Shown here one piece after another: positions 19,701-28,732 of a DNA stretch of 64,000 nucleotides. Where the stretch lies: the IMG/VR virus record IMGVR_UViG_3300009000_000003, one strand, 5' to 3'. The stretch is from a virus. Under the pieces are notes generated by a model that saw only the letters and a list, made by a program, of their open reading frames with translations, was not told where the DNA came from and searched no databases. The stretch's first letter is position 1. The number at the start of each line of letters is the position of its first letter. The translations under genes and the position numbers were made by a program.

Positions 19701-20073
19701 TTAAAGGGTCAGTAGTAAGACCTTCAAACGTTTGCCAAACTTTATCGCTATCACTAGCATCGCGTGCAAAACCGCTATAAACTGGAGTACCATCAGTATC
19801 TTCAGCACCAACAAGACCAATGTCAGCAGTAGTACCAGTATTAGTTTTACCTAATTTAATTAATGTTTCATCAACAGCAAGTTGAGAAACTGTAACTTCA
19901 TTTGCATCTCCAGTAATCGTAAGATCGCCTTCAATAGTAACGTCACCTTTTGCAGTAAGGTTTACAGTATGAACGTCTTTCCAAGGCACTGTAGAAGTAC
20001 CAAGTGTATCTTGTCCACCTTCAGCATAACTTGCACCTGAAGGTGCTGTTTTTTGTCTTAAGCTTGAAGCCAT
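16750..20073 (-). CDS. Large Thr/Ser/Ala/Gly-rich virion fibre / tail fibre protein
   Basis: 1107 aa; TNLYYTDER, DAQGRLTAA and GVTNAKL repeats typical of fibre proteins; GGAG RBS. Confidence 0.7.
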   Translation of the reverse strand: MASSLRQKTAPSGASYAEGGQDTLGTSTVPWKDVHTVNLTAKGDVTIEGDLTITGDANEVTVSQLAVDETLIKLGKTNTGTTADIGLVGAEDTDGTPVYSGFARDASDSDKVWQTFEGLTTDPLSGDGTTVDFSSASLGTIKTKIIAPEGGITLGATAVTSTASELNLLDGVTVGSVSQGLAVVVDSSKDISGFRNVSLDSTLTASTVSSSVIASNDAELTIDGSALDTAQFTVKLPETKQDALSISAGASDYIVLDTADSQIQFEQALLSKDITVADGSTLDVSAATLTLAAGQIPANKVSEGTFAAGTYSFAGSELTSLGTVKALDVSTGTLTLTDGQIAASKVTGLDGAGLADTNGQLSVNVDGASILIDADTLKVGTITNANIVDSTIDSAKLSDLPSAVNNILEAGTGITITGSSTISIGQAVGTTDDVTFDTVTATTFIGKISTLSNHSTDNLAEGTNLYYTDERVDDRVDNLLTQGEAIVLTYDDVANTLTVAAEDASESNKGVASFASSDFSVTSGAVSIKAAGVSNAQLANSITTLGSTALTLGATNTVIAGMQKITATTFSGALEGNADTASALASNFTIAIAGDVAGSVTTNGTGTATVSVLMQSDSVDLGTHTTGDYVATLNESGSNSDFVLANSNQENGAATIALATISGLTADTYGSATEIPVVEVDTRGRVRSISTADVATSLAFKGDSGADSLALLGGTLTFVGGTALTSTVSDDQVSFALDNTNVTAGDYGEASKSLSISVDAQGRLTAATHQNISIDHTQITDFDAEVTDLAGALVSGATTSNLSTSYDANTDALSISVETATAATLGVAKFNGANFDVTAGSVEIKDGGVTNAKLDNSGFFIKGTTGAGIGGLTISPNLGQTVIFSSEARGNIVISADSATNSLDFDLASSISATTITVGSAVLDAADLEKIDDITDGTAAANKALVVNSNREIANLSKVASGTFTDGIATLTGGDLTADSVITPELYANSGDLTISAGSASDVIISSNLVAQAKITGGSSGIEFEGTMKYDLGNHIIVTSSNATLPSASQGLEMIYINTNSNSITVSADGNDVIYESGQSSSATLITLAAKQTLRLIAINSTDWYQV

Positions 20074-20095
20074 ATTTTTAATCTCCTGTTTTTAA

Positions 20096-23000
20096 TTATT
20101 CTGAATATCCAGTGAATATCGCATCACCTGTTGAAATGTCAATTTCAAAGTGTTTGTCTTCGTGTTTGATTGATTTGGAACCGAAGAACACTAGATCTCC
20201 AGCACCAGAATTAGCAATTACTTCAGCTAAGTCAATCTCAAAAGGACCTAAATGACCAGAAATCTTAATAGTTTCTGGAAGATAAACAATCTTAGGACCA
20301 ACTCCACTCCACTCTTGTTCTAAAAGACCACCATCTCTAGTATTCAGGGAAGCAATTTCTGAAACTAAGTCAACAACTTGAGACTGAGCAATTTGAATAT
20401 TTTGCAAAGTTGCAGAAGTGATCATACCATGAGAATCAAAAGCAAGACTTACAGTTTTAGCTGCATCATCTAAAGTTCCAGCAGTTACAGAATTAGTAAT
20501 ACTAAATTCTTCATCACTTAAAGTAAGCCCAGAACCTGCAGTATAAGTTGTATCAGTATTCACAACAGTTTCAGTAGCTGTGGAAACTGAAGTAACGTGC
20601 CCATTGCTATCTAAAGTAATGCTTTGGATATAAGTTCGGTCAGAATTACTCAAGTTAAGAGTAGCCGCAACAATATCTGGGTGAGTAGTTAAATAACCTA
20701 CGTTATTAACTAATTCAGATATATTATCATTAGGTTGCAAAGCAGAGTCAGCAGTAGTACCTTGAGCTGTAGTAGCATAGTTAGTTGAATCTGTATAGGC
20801 CGCAGTACCAAGCCCAAGAGCATTTTTCAGCGTTGTTTCAGCTGTAAGATCTGCATCAATAGCTGCTACAATTTCTTGTGCAGTTTGATCAGCAGTAGCT
20901 CCAGGTTCAATGCCAGCAACTTTATCGACTACAGTTTGTAAACCAGTAATAGCAGAAATAGGGTGTTGATCAGAAAGAGTTCTTTCAGTTAAAGCATCGT
21001 GGCTTGTAGCTGAGAATGCAGCATTAAGAGAAGATTGACGCCCTGAAAGCTGAGCAACAGAATTGATTTCACATTTATAAGCACCAGAAGTTTTAGCTTG
21101 AAGAACAATCTTGTAAAGAGGAACGAGCTCTGGAACAGAAAAACCTAAGTTAACAAACTCTTCAGCTTCAGCAGCGGCGACAGTTGTATACTGATCGTGG
21201 CCCATCATCAATTTAATAGGATATGTAGAATCATTAGTAGCAACCATATAATAGCTGATATAATTGCCATTAGAAACGGTTGCTAAAGATCCAACATTAT
21301 TAACAATTTGATTAAATTGAATACTAGTGGCATTTGCAAGCCAAGGAACACTAGTTGGTGAAGTTTGAACGACTGCTGAACCACTTTGGTGAATTACAGG
21401 AATTTCCGCATCACCGCTTAAAACTTGCTCATAAGGATTAGCTGAAGAACCATGCTGAATAACGTGTACAAGATCTTCATCAGCAATTGTAATTTGACCT
21501 AAAGACAAAGTTACATCAGTGTCATCTTCTAATTGATAGCTAAGAGCGCCGCCACTTCTCCAAATAGCACCTACATCGAGGTGTTGAGAAAGATGCCATT
21601 GAGTATCTCTATGAGATGAGTGTCTTTCATCACCAAAAATAATTGCTTCGGAATTAGTAGCGTCCCAGTAAACATAAGCAACAAGTAAATCTTCAATTAA
21701 CGAAGGATGTGCTCCAATAGCCAACTCTTGTAATGAATCTGTTGATGGATTATATTTAATATAACGACCACCAGCAGAATTAGTAATTTGAAGAGTTTTA
21801 GAAGAAGAAACAGTGATCTCTTGACCGCGATACCAAAGAGTAAATGAATCACCGACAGGTGACAAAGTAAAAGTGTTGGTAGAATTATCAAAAGAAAGAG
21901 ATGAATCATCCCTGTTGGGGAAACCAGTCATATCTAATGTAATAGAGCCAACAGCCTCGAGAGCCTCTGAACTAGTTATAAAATCAGAGATTTCAGAACT
22001 AATTTTAGAAGAAGACCATAAGCTATTTGCAGATACAACCGCATCATCAATATAGGTGTCAGCATTAAGACCTTGAGGACCTGTAGCACCTTGAGCTCCA
22101 GTTAGCCCTACAGGGCCAGTAGATCCCTGCGCACCAGTAGCGCCGGTAGGTCCTTGAAGACCTTGAGGGCCAACTTCACCCTGAAGGCCTTGTTCTCCCT
22201 GCGCTCCAGTCGGTCCTGCAAGACCTTGAGGCCCTTGTACCCCGGTAGGTCCTTGAGAGCCTTGTAGTCCTTGAGGACCTGTAGGTCCGATTGAACCTGC
22301 AGCTCCAGTTGCACCTGTGGGTCCAACTGGACCTTGAATGCCTTGCTCACCTTGCGGGCCTTGCTCACCTTGGAGACCCTGAGGGCCTTGTGGCCCCGTT
22401 GCCCCAATCGCACCAGTATCACCAGTAGCTCCAGTAATACCTTGAGGCCCGGTTGGGCCAGTCAAACCAATTAAACCTTGAGGGCCTTGTGGCCCGGTAG
22501 CGCCAATCGGTCCTTGGATGCCTTGAATACCTTGCGGACCGATTTCACCTTGTTCACCTTGTACCCCCTGAAGGCCTTGAGGTCCTGTAGCACCAGTCAA
22601 GCCAATAGAGCCTTGCGGCCCAACAGGGCCTGTTGGGCCTTGAATACCTTGTTCGCCTTGAGCCCCAGCCGGGCCTTGTTCACCTTGAGCTCCAGTAGGA
22701 CCTGTAAGTCCGGTAGGGCCAACTGCTCCAGTAACACCAGCTAAACCTTGCTCACCTTGGGGGCCAGTAGGGCCTTGGATACCCTGAGCTCCTTGGGCCC
22801 CGGTGGGGCCAACAGGTCCTTGAATTCCCTGGTCTCCCTGAAGCCCTTGAGGGCCTTGAGGCCCTGTTGCGCCAGTTAAACCTGTAGGTCCAGTAGGGCC
22901 TGTAGCACCTTGTGGACCTTGAGTTCCTGCAAATTGTCCAAAATCACTCCAAGTAGTACCGTTATAAACAATAAGATGATTTGTTAAATCATTAGTTAAA

Positions 23001-23947
23001 TAAGAAATAGAAGTAGAGCGATTATCTAAAGTTACTACAACAAAAAATAAATTAGAAGTAGTAATGGTGTCATCAGATTCAATTTGAGTGACAATAGTGT
23101 CGTTAAGCTCACCAGAATAATCAACATTAAAAGCTTGACCTGGGTCACCTTTAGGACCCGTAACTCCTGTTGGTCCAACAGGTCCCTGAAGGCCTGTTGT
23201 TCCTGCTAGCCCTTGCAAACCCTGAAGCCCTTGAGGGCCTTGAGCGCCAGTAGGGCCAATGGCACCAGTTGGGCCTTGCGGCCCTTGTGGACCAATAAGA
23301 CCTTGCGCTCCTGTAGGTCCTACGGGACCTTGGACACCTTGAATTCCTTGAAGACCTTGAGGGCCAACTTCGCCTTGTAAACCCTGCATGCCTTGAGGCC
23401 CCTGTGCACCTGTAGCACCTTGAGGGCCAGTTGGACCGATATCTCCTTGATCTCCTTTAAGGCCAGTTGCTCCGGTAAGTCCGGTTGGACCTGTAAGACC
23501 TTGCAATCCCTGAGGGCCTGTAGGGCCTCTTTGACCAATAGCCCCTGTGGGGCCTTGAGCTCCATCAAGACCGGATGCACCTTGAGGGCCAGCTTCACCT
23601 TGAGGCCCTTGTAGACCGGTTGGACCTACTAATCCTTGAGGACCAGTAGCACCCGTTGGTCCTTGTGGCCCAACTAAACCTTGAGGGCCTTGTAAGCCTT
23701 GAAGGCCTTGTGGTCCGGTTGGACCTTGCAATCCAGTAGGTCCCGAAGCTCCTGTTGGTCCTACTGGCCCAGTAGGACCAACAATACCTGATCCGGCTCC
23801 TCCAATAGCAGTAGCAATTTTTGCATCAATATCGGCTTCAGGTAAACCAAGAATAATTTTACCATCTGCATCTTTTTGATTTGGCTTGTCAAACAGATTG
23901 TCTAAATCTAAAGACCCTCTGCGTAAGTCTGTTCTTCTATTAGCCAT
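20096..23947 (-). CDS. Collagen-like fibre protein
   Basis: Two long Gly-X-Y blocks (GPTGPQGLQ...) plus globular and fibre domains. Confidence 0.85.
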   Translation of the reverse strand: MANRRTDLRRGSLDLDNLFDKPNQKDADGKIILGLPEADIDAKIATAIGGAGSGIVGPTGPVGPTGASGPTGLQGPTGPQGLQGLQGPQGLVGPQGPTGATGPQGLVGPTGLQGPQGEAGPQGASGLDGAQGPTGAIGQRGPTGPQGLQGLTGPTGLTGATGLKGDQGDIGPTGPQGATGAQGPQGMQGLQGEVGPQGLQGIQGVQGPVGPTGAQGLIGPQGPQGPTGAIGPTGAQGPQGLQGLQGLAGTTGLQGPVGPTGVTGPKGDPGQAFNVDYSGELNDTIVTQIESDDTITTSNLFFVVVTLDNRSTSISYLTNDLTNHLIVYNGTTWSDFGQFAGTQGPQGATGPTGPTGLTGATGPQGPQGLQGDQGIQGPVGPTGAQGAQGIQGPTGPQGEQGLAGVTGAVGPTGLTGPTGAQGEQGPAGAQGEQGIQGPTGPVGPQGSIGLTGATGPQGLQGVQGEQGEIGPQGIQGIQGPIGATGPQGPQGLIGLTGPTGPQGITGATGDTGAIGATGPQGPQGLQGEQGPQGEQGIQGPVGPTGATGAAGSIGPTGPQGLQGSQGPTGVQGPQGLAGPTGAQGEQGLQGEVGPQGLQGPTGATGAQGSTGPVGLTGAQGATGPQGLNADTYIDDAVVSANSLWSSSKISSEISDFITSSEALEAVGSITLDMTGFPNRDDSSLSFDNSTNTFTLSPVGDSFTLWYRGQEITVSSSKTLQITNSAGGRYIKYNPSTDSLQELAIGAHPSLIEDLLVAYVYWDATNSEAIIFGDERHSSHRDTQWHLSQHLDVGAIWRSGGALSYQLEDDTDVTLSLGQITIADEDLVHVIQHGSSANPYEQVLSGDAEIPVIHQSGSAVVQTSPTSVPWLANATSIQFNQIVNNVGSLATVSNGNYISYYMVATNDSTYPIKLMMGHDQYTTVAAAEAEEFVNLGFSVPELVPLYKIVLQAKTSGAYKCEINSVAQLSGRQSSLNAAFSATSHDALTERTLSDQHPISAITGLQTVVDKVAGIEPGATADQTAQEIVAAIDADLTAETTLKNALGLGTAAYTDSTNYATTAQGTTADSALQPNDNISELVNNVGYLTTHPDIVAATLNLSNSDRTYIQSITLDSNGHVTSVSTATETVVNTDTTYTAGSGLTLSDEEFSITNSVTAGTLDDAAKTVSLAFDSHGMITSATLQNIQIAQSQVVDLVSEIASLNTRDGGLLEQEWSGVGPKIVYLPETIKISGHLGPFEIDLAEVIANSGAGDLVFFGSKSIKHEDKHFEIDISTGDAIFTGYSE
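22070..23780 (-). repeat. Gly-X-Y collagen coding repeats in two blocks (approx. 22070-22930 and 23137-23780)
   Basis: 9-nt periodic, visibly GC-rich sequence (ccttgagggcc, gcaccagtagg etc.). Confidence 0.9.
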
Positions 23948-23960
23948 CTATGTTCTCCTA

Positions 23961-24326
23961 TTAATCGTCTATTGAATATCTTGCAAGTAGAACAGGAGTA
24001 TCATCTGGACTAGCTTTTTTTAAACCTACATCCCAAACAAACTCGAAGGTACTAGAGCTTGTAATTCTGTAATCGCCTAAAGAGTCAGGAGTTTCTTGAG
24101 GAGAAAGTACCAAGCCATCTAAAGTAATGATTATGCTGTTTCTTTTAGCGGGAAATGGTAGCGTAAATAAAAACTTGCCATCAGGATAATCAACATCGTC
24201 ATGTTCAGGAATCTGATCAGTAAGATCAAAAGTTCTAACAGTATGTTCTTGATTATAAATATTAACAGTATTTACTGTTATTGTAGAATTATCTACTGCG
24301 ACTAATTTTGGATAAACTGGATCCAT
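23961..24326 (-). CDS. Hypothetical, probably fibre-associated structural protein
   Basis: GGAG RBS; beta-rich; ITLDGLVL..DY motif. Confidence 0.5.
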   Translation of the reverse strand: MDPVYPKLVAVDNSTITVNTVNIYNQEHTVRTFDLTDQIPEHDDVDYPDGKFLFTLPFPAKRNSIIITLDGLVLSPQETPDSLGDYRITSSSTFEFVWDVGLKKASPDDTPVLLARYSIDD

Positions 24327-24335
24327 ATTTATCTC

Positions 24336-24707
24336 CTAAGCAGGTGTGTAAAAAATAGTGACGTCTGTTTGATCATTTATCAATGCTGTATATTCGCCAA
24401 GAATATATAACTTATTAAATTCACTATCTATATAAAAACCATCACCTAGCATAGATTCAAGTCTTGGAATAATGTCACCATTAATAAATAACATTACAAA
24501 TTTTTCAAAACCTTCCTTTATATAAGGGAAGATTTCATAAAATGAATCATTTTGATCAAATGAAGAAAAAGCTAAAGCTTTTTGTAAAGGCAAATTGTCT
24601 ACAATATTTCCAACAGTAGTAGTTTTATCAACATTCAAAGTATCAATTGTAATGTTGCTATCAGAAATAACTGTAACGGGTGTTCTTGTTTGAGCATGAG
24701 TCGCCAT
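24336..24707 (-). CDS. Hypothetical, probably fibre-associated structural protein
   Basis: GAGG RBS; LFING motif; N-terminus resembles the neighbour (DSNITIDTLNV vs NSTITVNTVNI). Confidence 0.5.
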   Translation of the reverse strand: MATHAQTRTPVTVISDSNITIDTLNVDKTTTVGNIVDNLPLQKALAFSSFDQNDSFYEIFPYIKEGFEKFVMLFINGDIIPRLESMLGDGFYIDSEFNKLYILGEYTALINDQTDVTIFYTPA

Positions 24708-24771
24708 ATAAACCTCGCCTTTTTGTTTAGTTTTAATATATTTTTGCTATTATTTTCAAGAGTATAGAAAA

Positions 24772-25089
24772 TTATATATTATCTTTTGTAGAAAAAATAT
24801 CTATTTCTTTAGTAAATAATAAATCAATTGGGAGCATTTGATTATTAGAAGACATAAATTTATGGTCTTCTGTACAATCAACATAATCTCCATTTTCTAA
24901 AGTGTATCTGTAAACAGTTTTAATACCTTTATCGTGCCATTGAGTGACTTGTTGAGCAACCCAAGGGGTAGCTTGAGTTGAATCATTACTAAGTACAAAA
25001 CCAGAATATTGAGCTTTAACAATATCTTCAATAGTTCTAGATCTTTTTGTAAGAGTAGGAATTAATATTTCGGTATTTCCTGCTAAACA
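24772..25089 (-). mobile_element. Split intein, N-terminal half (IntN)
   Basis: Cys1 in CLAGNTEI; block B CTEDHKF; QWHDKG; QMLPID; stop codon follows with no endonuclease domain. Confidence 0.95.
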
Positions 25090-26388
25090 ATAATCAGCAA
25101 AACCTAAAATATCTTTCCAAAGATCTTTAGCATAGTCAGATAACAAGCCACCTACTTTTACAGAATTTTCTATAAATTTTTCTTCATATTTTTCAAGAAC
25201 GGAAAGTTTTTTCTTACCCATAGCTCGTCGAACATCATCTGCTTCTTGTTGAGTAAAACCTGCTAAATCGGTAAATAATTTCATAATTTGTTCCTGATAT
25301 ATTAAAGTCCAATAAGAAGCTTTTAGAATTTCAGCAACTTGAAGAGGTAAATCTTCAGGCGGAGAATTATTTAATTTATTAGCAATATAAGTTTTATCAA
25401 GACCAGCTTGCAAAGGGCCAGGGCGGTTGATAGCACTGATAGCACTAAGATCCTCTATGCTAGCGGGTTGTATGTCATTAATTAATCGTTTAGCGGTACC
25501 GGATGTTTCCATTTGAAAAATACCAGTTAAACAACCTAAATTTAAATATTTATAAGCTAACTCGTCGCCATCTGGTATAGAATAAGGCTCTAAATCTATG
25601 TTGTAATTTTGTTTAATTAAATTTTTACATTCTTTGATAATAGATAAAGTGTCAATACCTAAAAAATCAAACTTAATAAGCCCAAGCTCTTCACATTCAT
25701 CTTTATCATATTGAGTAATTCTTTCTGCTTTACTATTAGACCAAACAGGGACAGTATCATGTATTTCTTTATCTGAAATAATGACACCTGCTGCATGGAT
25801 GCCAAAATTAGCAACCATGTTTTCTATTCTATCAGCAAATTCTAAAAAAGCAGAATATCTTTGATCATCAGAAAGGTCGGGATTTTCTTCAAGAACTTCT
25901 TCTAAAGTAGGTTCTTTGCCATACTTAGGAGGAGGAAACATTTTTAATAACTCGTTAAGTTCAGAAGAATCACCTTCGTGTATTCTATAAAAAGAACGAG
26001 CTAATGATTTTGGTTTAAAAGTTCCATGAGTTATAATATTGGCAACTCTCTCACGCCCCCAATAATCAATGCACCATTGTATTGCTTTCTCTCTATCTAA
26101 AGCATCATGGTCTATATCAATATCGGGAGTCGCACCCCCAATAGTATCTGATCTCATTTTATTAAAATCAAACACATCGGTAAGTCCAGTAATATAAAGT
26201 AAAATACTATTATATGGATTTTCTAAAAAAGAATGTTTAGACTGTAAACAAGATTCAATTCTGTCTAAATCTTCTAAAGAAATCATAGCAACTTCTTGAT
26301 GGAGAAAATCTGGATCTACTTTTTGATAACGATCTTCAATAATATAAGAATCTATTTCTTTTAAAAAAGTTTCTCGAGATTTAAACAT
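24772..26388 (-). CDS. dnaE: DNA polymerase III alpha, catalytic core, ending in split intein N-half (105 aa)
   Basis: PDIDID, GIHAAGV, KFDFLG, GIFQME, NRPGP, YQEQ, RRAMGKK; GFADY|CLAGNTEI. Confidence 0.95.
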   Translation of the reverse strand: MFKSRETFLKEIDSYIIEDRYQKVDPDFLHQEVAMISLEDLDRIESCLQSKHSFLENPYNSILLYITGLTDVFDFNKMRSDTIGGATPDIDIDHDALDREKAIQWCIDYWGRERVANIITHGTFKPKSLARSFYRIHEGDSSELNELLKMFPPPKYGKEPTLEEVLEENPDLSDDQRYSAFLEFADRIENMVANFGIHAAGVIISDKEIHDTVPVWSNSKAERITQYDKDECEELGLIKFDFLGIDTLSIIKECKNLIKQNYNIDLEPYSIPDGDELAYKYLNLGCLTGIFQMETSGTAKRLINDIQPASIEDLSAISAINRPGPLQAGLDKTYIANKLNNSPPEDLPLQVAEILKASYWTLIYQEQIMKLFTDLAGFTQQEADDVRRAMGKKKLSVLEKYEEKFIENSVKVGGLLSDYAKDLWKDILGFADYCLAGNTEILIPTLTKRSRTIEDIVKAQYSGFVLSNDSTQATPWVAQQVTQWHDKGIKTVYRYTLENGDYVDCTEDHKFMSSNNQMLPIDLLFTKEIDIFSTKDNI

Positions 26389-26451
26389 GTTAAACTTTCA
26401 AATAATAAAAAGATGGAAATTACCTAAAGTAAGAAACTGCAAAGGTGGTTG

Positions 26452-26796
26452 TTAAACCACCCAAGATTTGTTTAAATAATATTCAGGATTTTCTATAGAT
26501 ATATTAAATACTTGGGAAAGATTTTGTTTTTCTTGAATAGAAAATAATCTTTCGTTTAAAGAAAATAAAATTTGTAAAACTTTTTGAGTTTGACTATTTG
26601 CTTCACAAATAATTGTATAGTTAGCAGTCAAGTTATAAAGCAAAGCACTTATAATGTAGTTTGTTTCATTACCTACAAAAAATTTTGCACATTTATAATT
26701 AGATTCGTCAGTAAAACACTTTTTTAAATTCTTAAATAAAGAACTTGTTGGATCTACATTTAAGTTAAAAAGCGAGTTATTTGTATCCATATGCAC
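26452..26796 (-). CDS. Hypothetical protein
   Basis: ORF between dnaE pieces. Confidence 0.45.
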   Translation of the reverse strand: MHMDTNNSLFNLNVDPTSSLFKNLKKCFTDESNYKCAKFFVGNETNYIISALLYNLTANYTIICEANSQTQKVLQILFSLNERLFSIQEKQNLSQVFNISIENPEYYLNKSWVV

Positions 26797-26803
26797 CTGC
26801 TTG

Positions 26804-27031
26804 TTATCTTACAGATGTCCAATCTGTATAATTTGTAAAATCACATTTCATAATTTTAACATCAGTTCTCTGAGTTAATCTTCTGTAAGATCTAGCATCA
26901 GATCTAGTAGTGTGTAATGTCCTACCTTTAATAGTTATAGGTGTATTTGTCGTTTGATCGACAACAGCATAAAGAGTGGTAGCACAAGTATCTATAGGAG
27001 TAACTAGATTAGTCATAATTATTTCTTTCAA
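26804..27031 (-). CDS. Hypothetical protein
   Basis: ORF between dnaE pieces. Confidence 0.45.
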   Translation of the reverse strand: MKEIIMTNLVTPIDTCATTLYAVVDQTTNTPITIKGRTLHTTRSDARSYRRLTQRTDVKIMKCDFTNYTDWTSVR

Positions 27032-28338
27032 AAAGGTAAAGTAAACTGATCTGCTTGCTCAGCCATTTGTTTATTAAAAATAAGAGGGGTAGCAGCACGA
27101 CCCTCATTAAGAAAACGAGAAAACATAAGATCGTATTTAATTGGATCAATTTCAGTAATGCCTAAAGACCAGGCTACAAGAGAACCAGCAGCAGAACCTC
27201 GACCGGGCCCATGCATTACTCCATAATCTCTAGCACCATTCATAAATTGAGAAACAATTAACATATAATCAGAAAAACCCATACGTTTAATTACATTTAA
27301 TTCATGATCAAGCCTATCTCGATATTCTTGAGGAGGCATATCATTAAACCTATTGTATAAACCGTGTTGAGATTCTAAAGTAAGGAATTCAAAACTTTTA
27401 TAAGTTTCTGGAAGATCTTGAAACTTAGGATAACGGTTCATTCTATCCATAAAATAAGTTTCATTATCTATCAAATCAGCTACATGAACTGTATTAGATA
27501 TGACGTCGTAAGGCATATTTTGTTGGTTAGCTTCATTCCAAGTCCAATCATGAGATGCAAAATGAACATCTATTGGTCCGAAACTAAATCTTTTTTCATC
27601 AGAAAGTACAGTTTTAGTTTGCATACACAAAGCGGCTTCATGATGTTGTTTATCATGTTCATGAGTGTAATGACAATCACATGTAAGTACCATAGGTAAA
27701 TTATGTTTAGAAGCAATTTCTTGCAAAACTTTATTTACAGCTTGTTGCTCTTCATCTTTATGGAGTTGAAGTTCCACAAGAAATCTATCTTTAAACATTT
27801 CTTTATGATGTAAAATAAGATTTTCTGCGGCTTTTTTCTCACCCATAAGGATGAGTTGACTTGCTCTACTACCCAAACAAGTAGTGGTAGCAATAATACC
27901 TTCAGAATATTGAGCAATAAGAGCATCATCAATACGTGGTTTACGATACATACCTTCAGTATAAGCATAAGAACTGAGCTTCATGAGGTTATGTAAACCA
28001 ATATTATTTTGAGCTAACAAAATCAAATGATAATAAGACTTGCCTAAATGGTCAGGTTCTTTTGCAGTTCTATCATTTATAGTATAATAAGCTTCCATAC
28101 CGATAATTGGTTTTATATCTTGTTTTTTACATTCTTTATAAAATTTGTAACTACCTGATACATTACCATGATCTGTCATCGCTACAGCAGGCATACCCAT
28201 TTGTTTTGCATAAGCAGGAAGCCTATTAACTTTATTAATTCCATCTAAAAGACTATATTCTGTATGTACATGCAAATGCACATAAGGCTTTTCAGACGGA
28301 TTCTGATGTTGGTTTTGATGATTGCATGTCGTTGCCAT
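27028..28338 (-). CDS. dnaE: DNA polymerase III alpha, N-terminal PHP piece
   Basis: HLHVHTEYSLLDG, MTDHG, IGMEAY, DCHY, GPGRGSAAGSLV, FSRFLNEGR, then stop. Confidence 0.95.
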   Translation of the reverse strand: MATTCNHQNQHQNPSEKPYVHLHVHTEYSLLDGINKVNRLPAYAKQMGMPAVAMTDHGNVSGSYKFYKECKKQDIKPIIGMEAYYTINDRTAKEPDHLGKSYYHLILLAQNNIGLHNLMKLSSYAYTEGMYRKPRIDDALIAQYSEGIIATTTCLGSRASQLILMGEKKAAENLILHHKEMFKDRFLVELQLHKDEEQQAVNKVLQEIASKHNLPMVLTCDCHYTHEHDKQHHEAALCMQTKTVLSDEKRFSFGPIDVHFASHDWTWNEANQQNMPYDVISNTVHVADLIDNETYFMDRMNRYPKFQDLPETYKSFEFLTLESQHGLYNRFNDMPPQEYRDRLDHELNVIKRMGFSDYMLIVSQFMNGARDYGVMHGPGRGSAAGSLVAWSLGITEIDPIKYDLMFSRFLNEGRAATPLIFNKQMAEQADQFTLPF

Positions 28339-28732
28339 TTAATAAATTGCTTTCTTTTCCAGTACACACAAGCTTAAAATGTTCAAAGTAATTGGGTTGC
28401 TCTTCAATTAAAGCACGTAAACCCATCTTACCACCAGTGCAAAGAGTTTCTTCTTCACTTGTCGTGGGATTTTGCCACTTTACTGCAGAGCCAGCAAAAC
28501 GAACAAAACCCATGTCTTTTGCAAGACCAATGACATCCATGATTTTATCAGTGCCTTTAGCACATTCAAATTCAAATTCAGCTACTTTATTAAGAGCTGG
28601 AGCAACTTTGTTCTTAACTATTTTTACTTTCATAGCCAAAGTATTAGGAGAGTCAGAGCTAGGCTTAGAACTAACCCTGAGCCTAACAGAAGCGTAAAAT
28701 GGAATAGCATTGCCACCTGAAGTTGTTTCTGG
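28292..28732 (-). CDS. recA: RecA exon 2
   Basis: PETTSGGNAIPFYASVRL...KIVKNKVAP; continues exon 1 in frame after the intron. Confidence 0.93.
   Translation of the reverse strand, partial: PETTSGGNAIPFYASVRLRVSSKPSSDSPNTLAMKVKIVKNKVAPALNKVAEFEFECAKGTDKIMDVIGLAKDMGFVRFAGSAVKWQNPTTSEEETLCTGGKMGLRALIEEQPNYFEHFKLVCTGKESNLLNGNDMQSSKPTSESV

Noticed and set aside
17129-23614. Alternative-frame and antisense ORFs inside the fibre and collagen genes
   Set aside because: Shadow ORFs caused by biased, stop-poor repetitive coding; no RBS or recognisable motifs.
22070-23780. CRISPR array or non-coding tandem repeat
   Set aside because: The periodicity is 9 nt Gly-X-Y coding sequence within an open frame; there is no repeat-spacer structure.
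26389-27027. Intron or intein joining the DnaE PHP and core pieces
   Set aside because: No group I R/S elements, group II termini or intein blocks were found by eye; the interval holds two ordinary small ORFs.
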